The notes under the pieces are model-generated. The model was not told the origin of the DNA and searched no databases. It worked only from the letters and a program-made list of their open reading frames with translations. This document shows, in pieces, positions 38,367 to 55,000 of a DNA stretch of 64,000 bases. The stretch spans positions 63,178,001 to 63,242,000 of the forward strand of contig CM097888.1 of assembly GCA_044892525.1 (NCBI GenBank), read 5' to 3'. A program made the translations under genes and the position numbers. The stretch's first letter is position 1. Each line of letters opens with the position of its first letter. The stretch is from Schmidtea polychroa. Lineage: Eukaryota.

Positions 38367-38788
38367 TTTTCAAAATTTCTCAGTATTTCCATACATTTTT
38401 TTGCAAAATTTTATAGTTTACCAACAGTTGAATGATGGCTTTAATATTGTCTATATTCAAACGATTTCTAACTTTCACTTTATTTTCATCACGGAGAACA
38501 TTATCCCAACAGTAGTATTATAAAGTGATGAATTAGCTCATTTCTGAAAACCAAGCAAAGTATCGAATGTCCTTACCAAGAAAGGAGGGACATCAACTCT
38601 ATAGATGACCTCTTTAAGTAATACAAGTAAAAGCACTTCATATAACTAAACCAAAAAATAGTAAAATTCAAAACCAATATAATTTCCGTCAAGAATCAAA
38701 CTACATTTTATTAAAAACACTTATAAATAAATCCAAACATTTGGCTCAATTTAACAGATCTATTACTACTACAATATTAATAACTCTC

Positions 38789-42167
<3,379 letters not shown>

Positions 42168-44227
42168 TTTTTAAATTAATTTTTGAATTAATTTGATATT
42201 AGTTAATTATTTAAACAACTTCAACTAATTTTAAGTTAATTTTATTTCCGAAATCAATAATAAAAATAATATTTTTTGAAGAAAAAATTTTCGAAGTACC
42301 CAATTAAAATATTATATAATTTTAATAAACTTTAACTATAAAAATATTAATATATTAATGTACATTCCTACTTGTACTACTCGACTCAGGATATTCAATT
42401 AACTGAGAAAATCCAATCAACGTTAGTACTGTATCACAAGTGAATTGCGGTCAGCAGAAGATGTGTTTCGCTTGTGAAATTGGAAATGTTCTGAAGTGGA
42501 CTACCATTTGAAGGATATGTTGGTTGGTCGTTATATAGTTTTGTTTTGATATCTTAATGTTGAGGTAAGGAAGGGGTTGTTACTAAGAATAGATTAACTA
42601 TGTTTAAATTTCAACTAATTAGCGCGACAGATTCAAAGAACCATGGAAATCAGATTCACTAAATACTCACCAAAGTTTGCGACCCGAAATTTATTCTGAA
42701 GGAAAAAGTAAAATTGATTTGATTTTTATGTTTTATTAGCGTTTGCAATCATCAGTCTTTGATAACTATTGAATAAAATTTTTATAATGAGTTGTATTAA
42801 GTTTTAATATTCGATAGCTTAAGTAGTAATGGAATTATAATTCCTTTCGACCCTTTTTATACAAGTCAAAGTTTTAGATTTCTCTCCTTAGTGAAGTTAT
42901 GAATATGTCTGCGATGCAATGATTATCATCTTTGAAAAGTATGCAAGATTTATTTCAGTGAAAATTCTTTCCTAATAAAGTAGGAATAGTTCGACGACGC
43001 GATTCTGCTCAATTGGTAAAGTATTCTAGAAATTTTTGTTTCAATGAAGTTATTACCGTATGAAATTCACAAGTTAAATGTGAATTTAAAGTTCGACTGT
43101 TCTCATATGGCGAGAGTTATTGAAATTTTCGGACTCGATTGCTTTCATTCGATCAAAGGTTGAATTTAGCAGTAGTTTTCTTTTCTCTTTAAATTCATTA
43201 TATACATATAGATTGTTGGAGGGTCTTGACCCAGTAATCTGGACAAGGTGGGAACCTGGAACCCGACCTGGGTTCAGTCAGAGGCCTATCCGAATGAAAG
43301 TCTGCTATCCCGGACAAAGGGAATTATCGATGTTGAGCTCTCTGTGAGTTGTATACACCGGGTGGAACATCAGATCCGACCCGGAGAGCTAGAAGATCCT
43401 GATAAGGTGGCTCTCTGTTCAACTCCGATCGGATAGTAGCTATCTGCAGGAACCTGGAGCGAGCTTCGGAAGTCTCAAGCTTGACCCAGACGCCTCAACT
43501 GATCAATCACAGAAAACGAAACGGCCCCGGAAGATCGCCCGAGGAAACTGAGGTCGATCCATCACCATTGAAAATTCTGACTATCAATTTGCATTGACCA
43601 TTTAGGGTTTTTTGAATAAAGCGACGTGTTATTAGGTATATGATTTTCATCGAGTTTAGTATTGGTATAATAGCCTATTGAGTTTTCTGTACTGTCCGAG
43701 ATTCATGTAATTCTGAGAACTTTTCTTTTAAGAATTCAGTAATATTATAACTACTTATATTCTTATTATTGGGCTACAAAAATTTGAAGGGAAAGATGCA
43801 TGTAATCTAGTGGTAGATAACTTATAACTTAACTTTTTTGAACATTTGTCGACTAGTTCACATACACTTTACACATTAGTAATAAACGCAATGAATTTCT
43901 CAGTTTGTTTAACTAGGAAACTGAGGCTTTATGCGATGTTCTCATTAACAAAACCTTTTAAAATGTTTTCTGCAAAATTTGATTTTGACATTGTACATTA
44001 ATTTTAAATATACTGTTTTATTTATACTAATACTGGTTATAATTCTGATTGGTTAATATAGTTAAATGTAAAACATAAGAGATATGATTCGATTCAATTA
44101 TTTATTATATATAGTAGACTTTCGAATGATATAAAACTTGTATGTGTGAGTAAAACCGTCCCTTATTTATTGCTCCTTATCAATGATGTCATATACAGAC
44201 ACACATAGATTATCAGCCCAAATTAAA

Positions 44228-44263
<36 letters not shown>
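44228..44263. repeat. (TA)n microsatellite
   Basis: Uninterrupted TA run; boundaries are approximate. Confidence 0.95.
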
Positions 44264-44265
<2 letters not shown>

Positions 44266-44540
44266 CATAAATTTAGACCAAATTACATGTATTTTCTTAA
44301 AAAAATTTGATTTTACCCTTATTTAATGCCCTTTACAAATATTCACTTTAGATCTCGCTTAGAAATTATTTTCTATCCTTAAGGTGCGTAATACAAAAAC
44401 ATATGCAATACAAATGCATGAGTAACAAAGACATTTGCAAATGCATGTGTAAGAAAGACATTTGCAAACGTAGTATTAAAACGTGTCTTGACTTTGCAAA
44501 TTTTCTATAAAGTAATTCGTTAAATGGACTTAAGAAAATT

Positions 44541-44742
44541 TTTAAATTTGACCTTAAAATTAAGGGGTATGGGGTAGGGGGTGAACCTTAAAATTTGACC
44601 TTAAATTAGGAAAAATTAGACTTTGACCTTTAAAGTTGACCTTAAAATGGCCTAAAATCGACTTTAACATCAGAATTTGACCTTAAAACGGGCTAAATTG
44701 ACCTTAAAATTTGACATTTAGTTGACCTTAACGATGAGTCAT
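44541..44742. repeat. Second TGACCTT motif array with GGGGTATGGGGTAGGGGG and ATGAGTCAT
   Basis: Seven exact TGACCTT were counted. The motif vocabulary is the same as at 21652-21891. Confidence 0.85.
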
Positions 44743-45209
44743 CGTGTGCTCACTTCTACCATCTACTTGCAAAATTAAAATCATTTAGAATCTCAGTCCA
44801 ATATAATGAACTTTGTGGAATGTGAGTTTGCAAGTCTTAAAAACAGTATTCACCCTTATTAAGATTTTAAGGTTTGTTTCATAGAACCAATATCTCAAAA
44901 CTGGTTCATTGCCTCATAAATCACTTCGAGGAATGCGTAATTAAGCGGCCCATCAATTTGTTTTTTTCTCTCGATTCCTAAGTTAAGAGGTAATCAACAC
45001 CATCAAAATTAAGATAACATTATCATATTAAGTATAATGTACATCAAATTGCAAACAAGTTGTTAATCATAACGTGAAGTTTAAAACAGATTTAAAAAAC
45101 GCCAATCATGTCGGTGAATTGAAAGTAAGTTTGTGGTGATGCTATTTTTAATCATTTTTAAAACGCTATCTTAAATGATTCGAATGATTCCGACGAATAT
45201 ACATATAAT

Positions 45210-48200
45210 TAATATACTATATAATTAAATATCCCGTTGTTTTAATATTATAAATTTTTCTCCCATGTACATCCATTTTCCAATATCTCTCGCAGCTCTC
45301 GAAACCGAATGTCCTTTTGTCGTTGTTCCCATACTTTTCCCATAGCTTCTGTTCTTTGGATAGTAGATATATATCTATTCTTTGATTTTCCTTCCTTAGC
45401 TTCTTCATGTCTTGTTTGACACTGAATGCAAATATTACTTTTTTATCTTGATAGTCCATCTGCATTCGAGTGTCCTGCGCCTTTCCCATATTTTTGTTTA
45501 AAATCATATTCCGACAGGTTAGCTAACCATGTTTGGAACTGCGGACTGATTGACGTTGTTGTAGTGTTCATGAAAACGAATGCTTTGTGGTCAGGTGAAT
45601 TATGAATTTTTTTCCGTACAGATATTCTCTAAAATGCATGACGTATTCATGTACGACGAGCAGTTCTTTCATGGTTACACAGTATCCCTTTTCATGTGAT
45701 GACATATGTCTCAAGCCATAAGCTATGACAGATTCTTCTCCATCTTCTGTAATTTGACTCAAAACTGCACCAATGGCTCCTAAACTAGCGTCTGTATCTA
45801 AGATAAAAATCCTATCTTCTCTTCGAAAATCAAGGATTGGTGCTTCGCACAACCGTCTCTTCAGAGTTTGGAAGCTCTCATTGCATTCTTTAGTCTAATT
45901 TATATCTTTATCGCATCCTGATGTTGCAGCGTATAATGGTTCGGCGATTTTGGCATAGTCCTTGATGCATATTCTATAGTAGTTCGTTAATCCGAGAAAC
46001 GATCTCAATTGTTTTGAACATTTTTGTACTTCTGCTTTCTTGATCTCTTCCACTTTCTTCCTGTTTGTCTGGATACCCTCCTCGTTAACTGTGTAACTAA
46101 GGAAACACAATTCTGTTTAATTAAATATGCATTTTCTGTATTTATCTTCAGTCCTGCCATTTGAATTCTTCTGAATATTTCCCTTAATAGCTCATCGTAT
46201 TCTTTTTGACTTTTACCATATACCAAGATATCATTTAGATAAACTACTACTCCCTTGAATAGAATTCCTTCTAGCACTGTGTGAATCAGTCTCTGGAATG
46301 TCCCAGGAGCTGTTGCTAAGCAAAACGGTAGTGTATTGAAGCAAAATTGTCCTTCTCTTGTACTGAATGCAGTCATTTCTTGAATTTCTGAAGCCAACTT
46401 CACTTGATAATACGCCTGACCTAAATCGATTGACAGTCTAGATAATAGACAGTCTAGATTAATTTGTAATAATTTAGTAATCTAGTAATAATAATCTAGT
46501 AATAATTTGGTGTTAGGTTTCGGAAATGACTCTTTTTCTGTTATGGAATTCAATCCACGATAATCTACACACATCCTGATAGATTCATCTTTCTTCCCTA
46601 CTATCACTAACGGGGCATTCCAAGGACTCTTGCAACACCGAATAACATTTGCTTTCATTAACTCTTTTATCAGTTCTTCAATTCTTTTCTCCATGTGCAT
46701 TGGTTGACGTCGAGGATGTTGCATTATTGGGCCTCCTGTTATCCGCATCTCATGTCGAACTAAGTTTGTAAATCACATATCGAATTTCGTTGCCGTAAAA
46801 ATTCCGCCGTATTCCCTGATCATTCCTTCAATATATTTACTATTCTCACCTGCCATCGCCACTAGTGCTTTATTTATTCCTTTTTCATCAGTGTAAATTT
46901 TGTTTATCAATGACGTTTCTATATTATTGATTTTCACTAACTTTACTTCAAACTCTTTCATAGTATCAATGCCCCCTATGAATTCGGGCTGGATCTCTTT
47001 TACCACTACTACTGTGATTATTTTGATCTTCTGATTCCATGTGGCCGGTATAGTCATGTATCCCATTGCTTCTTCACCTCCAGTTGAAAAGACTCCGCAT
47101 AATAATATCGTACTACGTTGAAGTACTGGTTTGCCTATTTTCTCCCATAAATTCTTGCTCATGACTGTTACTGATGATCAAGAGTCCCATAACATCTCTA
47201 TTTCGGCATTATTCAACATTATTTTACTCCAATTTCTTCCATCTTCCGTCTGGTACATCTCTTCTTCTGCCTCGTCTCTTCGCCTTCATTTTTTATATTG
47301 TCTTGATTCTACCGACGAAATAAAACCCATGGAGTCGCTGATGTTTTATCCGTCTTCTCTCAATATAGTATATTTCTCAGGGACATTCTATCTATCTTCC
47401 ATGTCCTGTGAGCAGCTCTGAAATCCTGGCTGTTTTCGGTGTAATCTCTTTTTTCAGATTTTGAATCTTCTTCTTCTAGGCACGCTATTCTTCGATGTCG
47501 GTGTGGAACCTCTTTCCATAAAGAAAAACAATCTCGGAACCCGTGTCCTTCCTTGCCACATATCAGGGATTTGTTTCCCAGTTGACACTCATACCTTCTG
47601 TCCCCTTTCGCCACAGCAAAAACAACCACCTGCCGTTAATTTTGGGACCGATGCTTGCGGTAGTCCTCTACTTTTGTTGTACAGCCTCCTTGCTATATTC
47701 TTCATGGATATTGTTGGCAGCTTCCTTTCTGAGCTATTCGGGATTTTCGTATTTCTCAAGAATTGTTCTATTGGAAATTGTTCTCGAGGACCATTGTTAT
47801 TTCCTTCGTATTGTATTGGTCCGCGTTTAGGATGTTCGTCTCTTCTTGATCTGTGGTGACTAAATGACTCTTCTGATAGTCTTCTTTGTGATGATGTAGG
47901 CATAGGATCTTGGGTATTCTTTTGAATTCTCATCTGCCCTCCCTCAGTCACGTTAGCGTATGTTCTTTGACCGATTGCTTTAATAAATTCCGTTTTATTG
48001 TTTTCATTTTTGTTACTTTCAAAAATTTTCGCCAATGATCTCATTTCTTCAATTTTTGTTTCTAATTTCGTCAATAGTATCTCCCTCAGTCTTGCATCGC
48101 GTGTTTTATTTGCAATGAGGTCTTGAACAATATCTTCTTCTGATCGTCCTGAATTTACAACTTCAGCTAAAGCTTTCCTTAGTCGTATCTCAAAAGCTGC

Positions 48201-48620
48201 AAACCTTTCATCGTCTTCCTGTTCCTAAGCTGCCAATTCTCTGATTTTGTAATTATGAACGTATGTAAGAACCACGCTTTGGCTTTCACATCTGTTGTTT
48301 CTTTTTCTTTGACGTTTCCCCACAATGTCTTTGCTTCTGCCACTAATAACACATCAAAAGTGCTTGTCAATCACTGTCCATTTGTCAGCAACCATTCTTC
48401 AGCTTCTTTTAAACCTCGTCCATCATATTGTCTGATGTTCAGTGTGAGCATGTCTTGGCATGATTTCGGTAGGCATTCCATTAGCGATTTTGTCGATTTC
48501 GAAATGGCATTGATATTTTGATTTTCGGCGTGGTCACCAGTTAAATGCATCTTTAAATTTCGCAGCAAAAATCTTGAAACCAACAATATATATTTAATCA
48601 AAGAATTTATAAATAACAAG
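45210..48620 (-). mobile_element. Degenerate Ty3/Gypsy retrotransposon (gag with zinc knuckle, protease, RT, RNase H)
   Basis: Motifs: CFCCGERG knuckle, SPWNAPLVIVGKKDESIRMCVDYRGLN, LPFCLATAPGTFQR, LRSFLGLTNYYR and FILDTDASLGAIGAVLSQ. Multiple stops and frameshifts. Confidence 0.93.
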
Positions 48621-48734
48621 TTTTAATTTTTCACAAAAAACCGTCAACTCCAAATTATTTAAACAAAAAGATATCTAACTCTCATATTTAGAGTTTTTTG
48701 TTACAAAAATATTTGAAAAAGATGAATATATTAA

Positions 48735-48955
48735 CCCTTAAATGCATGATGATGTATTTATACATCAGTGTATTTGTCCTTAAATAATTTCTAAACGGTA
48801 ACTCAAACACAGTATTTTTTGCTTTTATTTTGATATTATTAGTTTCTGAACGCAAGCTGTCACAATATGGCAGTTAACTTTTTCAATTGTCAAAATTTGA
48901 CAGCTTGGCGCAGCATTTTCGAATACGCACTTTGGAAAAATCATGCATTTAAGGG
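48735..48955. mobile_element. piggyBac-type MITE
   Basis: A perfect 15-bp TIR CCCTTAAATGCATGA is flanked by TTAA on both sides. Confidence 0.9.
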
Positions 48956-49243
48956 TTAAGTCATTGATCATAAATTTAATTTCAAAATAAAAAATAACCA
49001 ATTTGTTTATTTGAATAACTGTAATTTACTTTTTAAATTTGTAACTTCACATTAATTAATTAAAAACTAAATTTAATTTCTTTTAAATTTGTTAAAATTA
49101 TTTATAGCAATAATTTTTTTAAATAAATAATTATTGTATTTTATTATTTTTATTCTCAGTTTAGGTATATATGCGATTGTTAAGTATTTGAGTAAGATTT
49201 TTTTAATTAACTTTTTATGTAAATTCTAATTATATAGTATTAA

Positions 49244-49941
49244 ATGAATATTGAAATTATATGTGAATCTAATAGTCATAGTGCAAACAGTAAAATGAAT
49301 ATTAAAACTAATGATTGCAAGAAAATTAAGACGTTTAACGTGGAAAATACAGTAGATGAACGTTTGAGTGGAGTTGATAGCACACGTTATCCAGAGGCCA
49401 CAGATGAAATCGATAATCTTGCTCAAAAAATGGGGTTTAAACAAGAGAATAATGTTTTTATTAAAAATTTTAATTAATTTATAAAATTAATTAATATTTT
49501 CAGAATGCTTCATCATGTAGAAATACTATAAATAAATTGCAACACTCAGAAGAAAAATTGAATAAAAAAGGCCTTTCTAAATCATTTCAAATCACTACTG
49601 ACAAACAATTAGAGATACTACCGAACAAAGGGCGACATAAAAAGTCCAGCTTCATGTCTAATGTCATTCGACATTTGTCTTTGTCAACTCCAAAAATGTT
49701 TAAAAAGAACAAAAAATCTAAACCAAATGCCAATGAAAATTCTAATGAAAATCAAACCGATCATTTAAAAAATTCCGTATCACTGTCACACAATGATGAT
49801 AGATTTCTCAATGGAATAACAGATGATAAACAAACTCAATTCACACCGAAATCGAAGAGTATTAGAAAAATATTTCAGAAATTGACTAAAAAGAAAGGAA
49901 AAGGAAAATTCATTTCCGAACCCCCAAGCAGTGTCGGTTAG
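49244..49941 (+). CDS. Putative lineage-specific Lys/Ser/Asn-rich protein (two exons, possibly continuing downstream)
   Basis: ORFs 49244-49453 and 49504-49941 join in frame through a 50-nt GT-AG intron. No recognisable domain. Confidence 0.5.
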
Positions 49942-50372
49942 TGGATATTTTGTTATTTTATATTAATCTCAATTAAGCAATTTCTTTGTCTTTCCAATTA
50001 AATTCTATTAAAATTCATACTACTTACATTTTCATTGATTATAAGTAGTGCAGTATGTTTTTAATAATTTCGAAGAATTTATTTTTGAATATGATAAAAT
50101 TTAAGCAAATCTCAATTTTGGTGCTCACTGTGCGCATATAATTCAATTATTCTGAGTTTATTCGTGTAGAACGTTTGGCCGACTGCGAGTACATAGTGTT
50201 TATTTCGTAACACCGCATTAGCATCTAAGGTGCTATGGGATACTTTTTGTCGTTGGCACCCATCGTGAATAGTCGCTTTAAGCAGGAAACTATATGAAAA
50301 CACACCGCGAGTCAACTCGCTCGGAGCGTGAGGGACACACTTTTATTTTACGAGTTTATACGGTTTGAGCAA

Positions 50373-52097
50373 NNNNNNNNNNNNNNNNNNNNNNNNNNNN
50401 NNNNNNNNNNNNNNNNNNNNNNNNNNNNNNNNNNNNNNNNNNNNNNNNNNNNNNNNNNNNNNNNNNNNNNNNNNNNNNNNNNNNNNNNNNNNNNNNNNNN
50501 NNNNNNNNNNNNNNNNNNNNNNNNNNNNNNNNNNNNNNNNNNNNNNNNNNNNNNNNNNNNNNNNNNNNNNNNNNNNNNNNNNNNNNNNNNNNNNNNNNNA
50601 AAATGATAATTTAAGCCTTTTGCTGCAAATAATGTATTTAATGAAAAATTTTCGACTATNNNNNNNNNNNNNNNNNNNNNNNNNNNNNNNNNNNNNNNNN
50701 NNNNNNNNNNNNNNNNNNNNNNNNNNNNNNNNNNNNNNNNNNNNNNNNNNNNNNNNNNNNNNNNNNNNNNNNNNNNNNNNNNNNNNNNNNNNNNNNNNNN
50801 NNNNNNNNNNNNNNNNNNNNNNNNNNNNNNNNNNNNNNNNNNNNNNNNNNNNNNNNNNNNNNNNNNNNNNNNNNNNNNNNNNNNNNNNNNNNNNNNNNNT
50901 AATAATTATAATAAAATTCTAACCGAAATTCTATTTTTTATTTGAATTTCATTATTTATGCTAATATTTGTTTGTTGTTATAATTTTAGAATTTTTTTTT
51001 CATTGACTGAAAGGAAAACTCAGTTATCTTTTTACAATTAAATTGCTAAATAAACATTTAATAAATTAATAAATCCTGCGAAAAGCAAATGCTGATGATT
51101 GTTTATCAAAAACAAAAATTTTTCATTGATATGAGCGATTTGCTGGAAGGTTGTGAGATGTTAATCATGATGAATATCTAGGTCTGTCAAAACATTTAAT
51201 TACGGAAGAAAATATTGAAAAAGTGCGTGAATTTGTGAATATATCTAAAAAAAAATTCTTCGGTAAGATTTATGGAAATGGAATTACAAATATCGAAAAC
51301 AATAATTCATCACATTTTAACATAACAAGTCAATTCGAAGTTCGTTCATTACCAGATAACAAATGATTAAACATTTTATTGAATTGAACATTGTAAAACC
51401 ATGCAAAAAATGATCCAAATTTCCCGAAATTGATTGTAACTGGTGATGAGACATGGCGTTTCCAATACAATCCAGAAACAAAGCGTCTAAGTGCTAAATA
51501 AAAATGACCAGATGAAGGATAACCGATAAAAGTCGTCTCATAATATACAATTATATCATATTGAGTTATATACAAAGAATTCGTTATAGATGGCTCAACG
51601 GTTATTTCTAAGTATTACCTTGACGTTTTGAAACATTAATTTGCCCATATTCATTGTATTCAACCAGGTAGTTAAAGTCCTATATATGACAACGCGTCAG
51701 CTCATTTCATATCAATTTTTACTGAAGAAAATCAAATTTTTTTGCTACACATTCTCAATATTTACCGGATATGATTTTGTATGATTATTTTCTTTTCCCA
51801 ATACCTTCTCATTTTACAGTGAAAGAAGAAGCCGAAAGTGCAATAATTGCCAACATTATTNNNNNNNNNNNNNNNNNNNNNNNNNNNNNNNNNNNNNNNN
51901 NNNNNNNNNNNNNNNNNNNNNNNNNNNNNNNNNNNNNNNNNNNNNNNNNNNNNNNNNNNNNNNNNNNNNNNNNNNNNNNNNNNNNNNNNNNNNNNNNNNN
52001 NNNNNNNNNNNNNNNNNNNNNNNNNNNNNNNNNNNNNNNNNNNNNNNNNNNNNNNNNNNNNNNNNNNNNNNNNNNNNNNNNNNNNNNNNNNNNNNNN
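50373..52097. other. Assembly gaps (50373-50599, 50660-50900, 51861-52097)
   Basis: Runs of N. Confidence 1.
51130..51760 (+). mobile_element. Degenerate mariner transposase
   Basis: IVTGDETWRFQYNPETKR and DNASAH correspond to mariner catalytic-domain motifs. Confidence 0.8.
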
Positions 52098-55000
52098 GAA
52101 TATCCAAATCATTGTATTTCTAAAGAAGGCGAATACTTAGAATAAATAAAGCCAATTATTTCAAAATATATCTTTTCTAAGTGTTTCAATTGGATTATTT
52201 TTAGGACAGGGGGTATAAAACAATAAGGCCATTTAAAAATAATTTTTATTAACAATTCTATATTGTCATATAGTATTTTTTTAATTTTATTCTGTTAACG
52301 ACATAATACAACCGATATTTATCTGACTTTGAAGTAAAATATCCATCTAATTATCGTTTTGATTTTCTCCACATGGATGGCTGACTGCTCACACCCATTA
52401 GCTCGATCGCTAATGCTACTCCCATTATCTCACTCATTAATGCTATTCCCATTATCTATTACAAGCTGGAATTAAGTTAAAAACTGAAATAAACATTTTT
52501 TTAAATTCAGCGAGCCGTCAGAGAGAACTTTCACTATTTAATATTTGATTAATCATTTAAAATTTGGCAATTCTGGGGTCAATTATTTCTTAAAAGCTGT
52601 TTTCAATATTTTTATCGGAATTAAAAAAAGTTATAATTTAAGCGATTGTAAAAATATTCTAAATATAACCAAAATTGGTATTCAAAAATATAAATTTTAA
52701 AAAGTTGCATCCGTTAAGCTGCACAATTGAGTGGGCTACACAATTAGATTTTCAACAACATTTAAAATATGCACCAGGGTTCTAAATTATCAAGGTATCT
52801 TTATGAAGTTTTTATTTATTTAATTTTTAACTGATAATGAAGTATTTGTTTTTCAATTGGTTTTGTTACAATTAAAAATGCATCTTCCTCTATTTTTTAC
52901 GATGACATTAGTACAATGATCGTGGGCTTTTTACAAAAATTTTAAATTTCAAATTTGATCGAAAATTAAAAAAAATTAAGTTATAATATTTTATCAATAA
53001 AATAAAAACTTTGCTCTAAAAACTTCAGTTGAAATCTAAATGAAATTTTAAATGATAATTTTATTATTTTAAAATGTTAAATTTTGAAAAACATGTAAAA
53101 TATTTCTATATTTTTTAAAAATTGGAGATATTTCTCGTAAATTATTTTCTTGAAAATTAAAGTTATTTTCAAATAATACTTTCATAGAATTTTCATCAAA
53201 ATAGCCCTTTGTTTATACGATAATTTTTTAGAAACAAAAGATGTTTTTCCTGACTATTTTACAAAATAATTGATATTAGGGCCTTGTTTTTTCTTGTTAG
53301 TTTTGTCAATATTTTACGGATAGTGTTTTTATTAATTTATTTAACTTCACTATTCTGCTATTTTCTATTAATCATTGTCGCCAAGTACAATAATTCATGT
53401 ATTGTTGCTTAGTTGATTTTGTTTGCCTATCGGATTCATATTTTAGCTCGCATATAGCACCAAATTCAATTAAGAGACAAAAGAATACTTTTTAATTATT
53501 TGTTTTAATGTTTCATCTTTCAATTAGTCATAATTATTTTCATATATATGGCACCAGGACATAAGGTAATTTTTTGACAAAAAGAGCTCACAATAGTGTA
53601 GAAATTATAAACAAAATTTATGTTTTACATATTTATGCAAAAAAAATTTTACTTTCATAAGCTCCTATAGTTTTTGCTCGTTGAGTCGTAAGTTATAGGG
53701 GTTGCTTGGTGCAATTTATTGTTCTAGTTAGATAAAGATATCAGTTTTATAATTCACAACGGAAAAATAATTTATATAAAGACCAAATTTTTTAATATCA
53801 ATTTTAAACCCTAAATAAAATAATGAAATTTGCATGTAATTCTTGTGTGCTGACAGACGTTTTCAACACGTTTTTTCAAAAATTGATAATAAATATTCAT
53901 TTATCTTGCAATTTGTTTATTTCCATGTAAAAATATTTACAGTAAATTTAATCTGCACACTTAACGACAACATTCTATATCAATACAACTGTAATATAAA
54001 AACTTATTAAAAGAATATGTATGAATTTTTCATTTTGACTTATGTGAAGTGGAATGACTCATGGAATCGAAAATAATGCTTTTTAATATATTATTTTATT
54101 TATTACGCAATTTAAATTTATTCAGCGACTTTATCCATCCTTTGAAGACATCTATCTATTTCTAGAGCGTTGATTCTTTAAGAACAAAAAATTCTTTTAA
54201 TTTTATCTGATTTTTTAGTTCAGAACTCACTGACTTTTCTCTGAAACTAAAATCGTTGTCTAATATACTGACTACATATAATTATAGTTATGAAATAATT
54301 ATTTCTTTATTCCATTAAAATTATAAATGAAAAATTAACCAATGTTAATTTTTTAATGCATCATGTTTAGTTTTATTTTTGAAATAAGGATTAAATATAA
54401 TCTCAAATAAAATCTATCACCGGCCACCTAAAATGTATGTCTAATGTTTTTCAAAAAATTCTTATAACTCTTTTAAAATAAACAATTACCATATTTTACT
54501 TTTTACTTTAGTTCTATATTTAAATTTGATTTTATTAAAGTTTTCTATTGCGCTAAAAATTGCACTCGATTATAAATTAAATTAACATTAAACTCATTCG
54601 GGACTTTGTTAACTAACAATTCATTGATATCAGTAAATGATAGATCATCTTCGAAAATTGTAAGTGACAAGTTAAATACAATCTTATTGAGGAGGAGAGA
54701 ATATATGTTTTATATCCACATGATTGATACAATCCATAACTGAAAATGTCTCTGCAGATTAATTTCATTATTAAGTTTGTCCAAAAAATATTGGAATGTT
54801 CGCTTTAAGCAATATGCTTTAAATGTCACATTAGTCTAGTGGTTATATTAATTTGGATTGTGTTACATCACATCAAATTATGTGAAAATAGAATGTAGGT
54901 TTTATTCTGGAACATGCTAAATCAAAATCGTGTATAAAAGGGTGTATACGTTTTTATAATTTACCAATAAATTAATAGAGTTTACCAGAACCAAGAAATT

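Noticed and set aside
43200-43570. GC-rich island upstream of MCM5
   Set aside because: All frames contain stops and I recognised no RNA or protein motif. It is probably retroelement debris and could not be assigned.
47131-48521. Plus-strand ORFs overlapping Gypsy (and similar ones opposite BET, MCM5 and hAT)
   Set aside because: They are antisense shadows of real or formerly coding frames.
51092-51115. Second CTGATGA hammerhead-like motif
   Set aside because: It lacks the GAAA core and stems I and III. The CTGATGA motifs at about 2887, 3480, 3998 and 47171 fail in the same way.
50328-52145. Long ORFs containing X runs
   Set aside because: These are artefacts of translating through N gaps.
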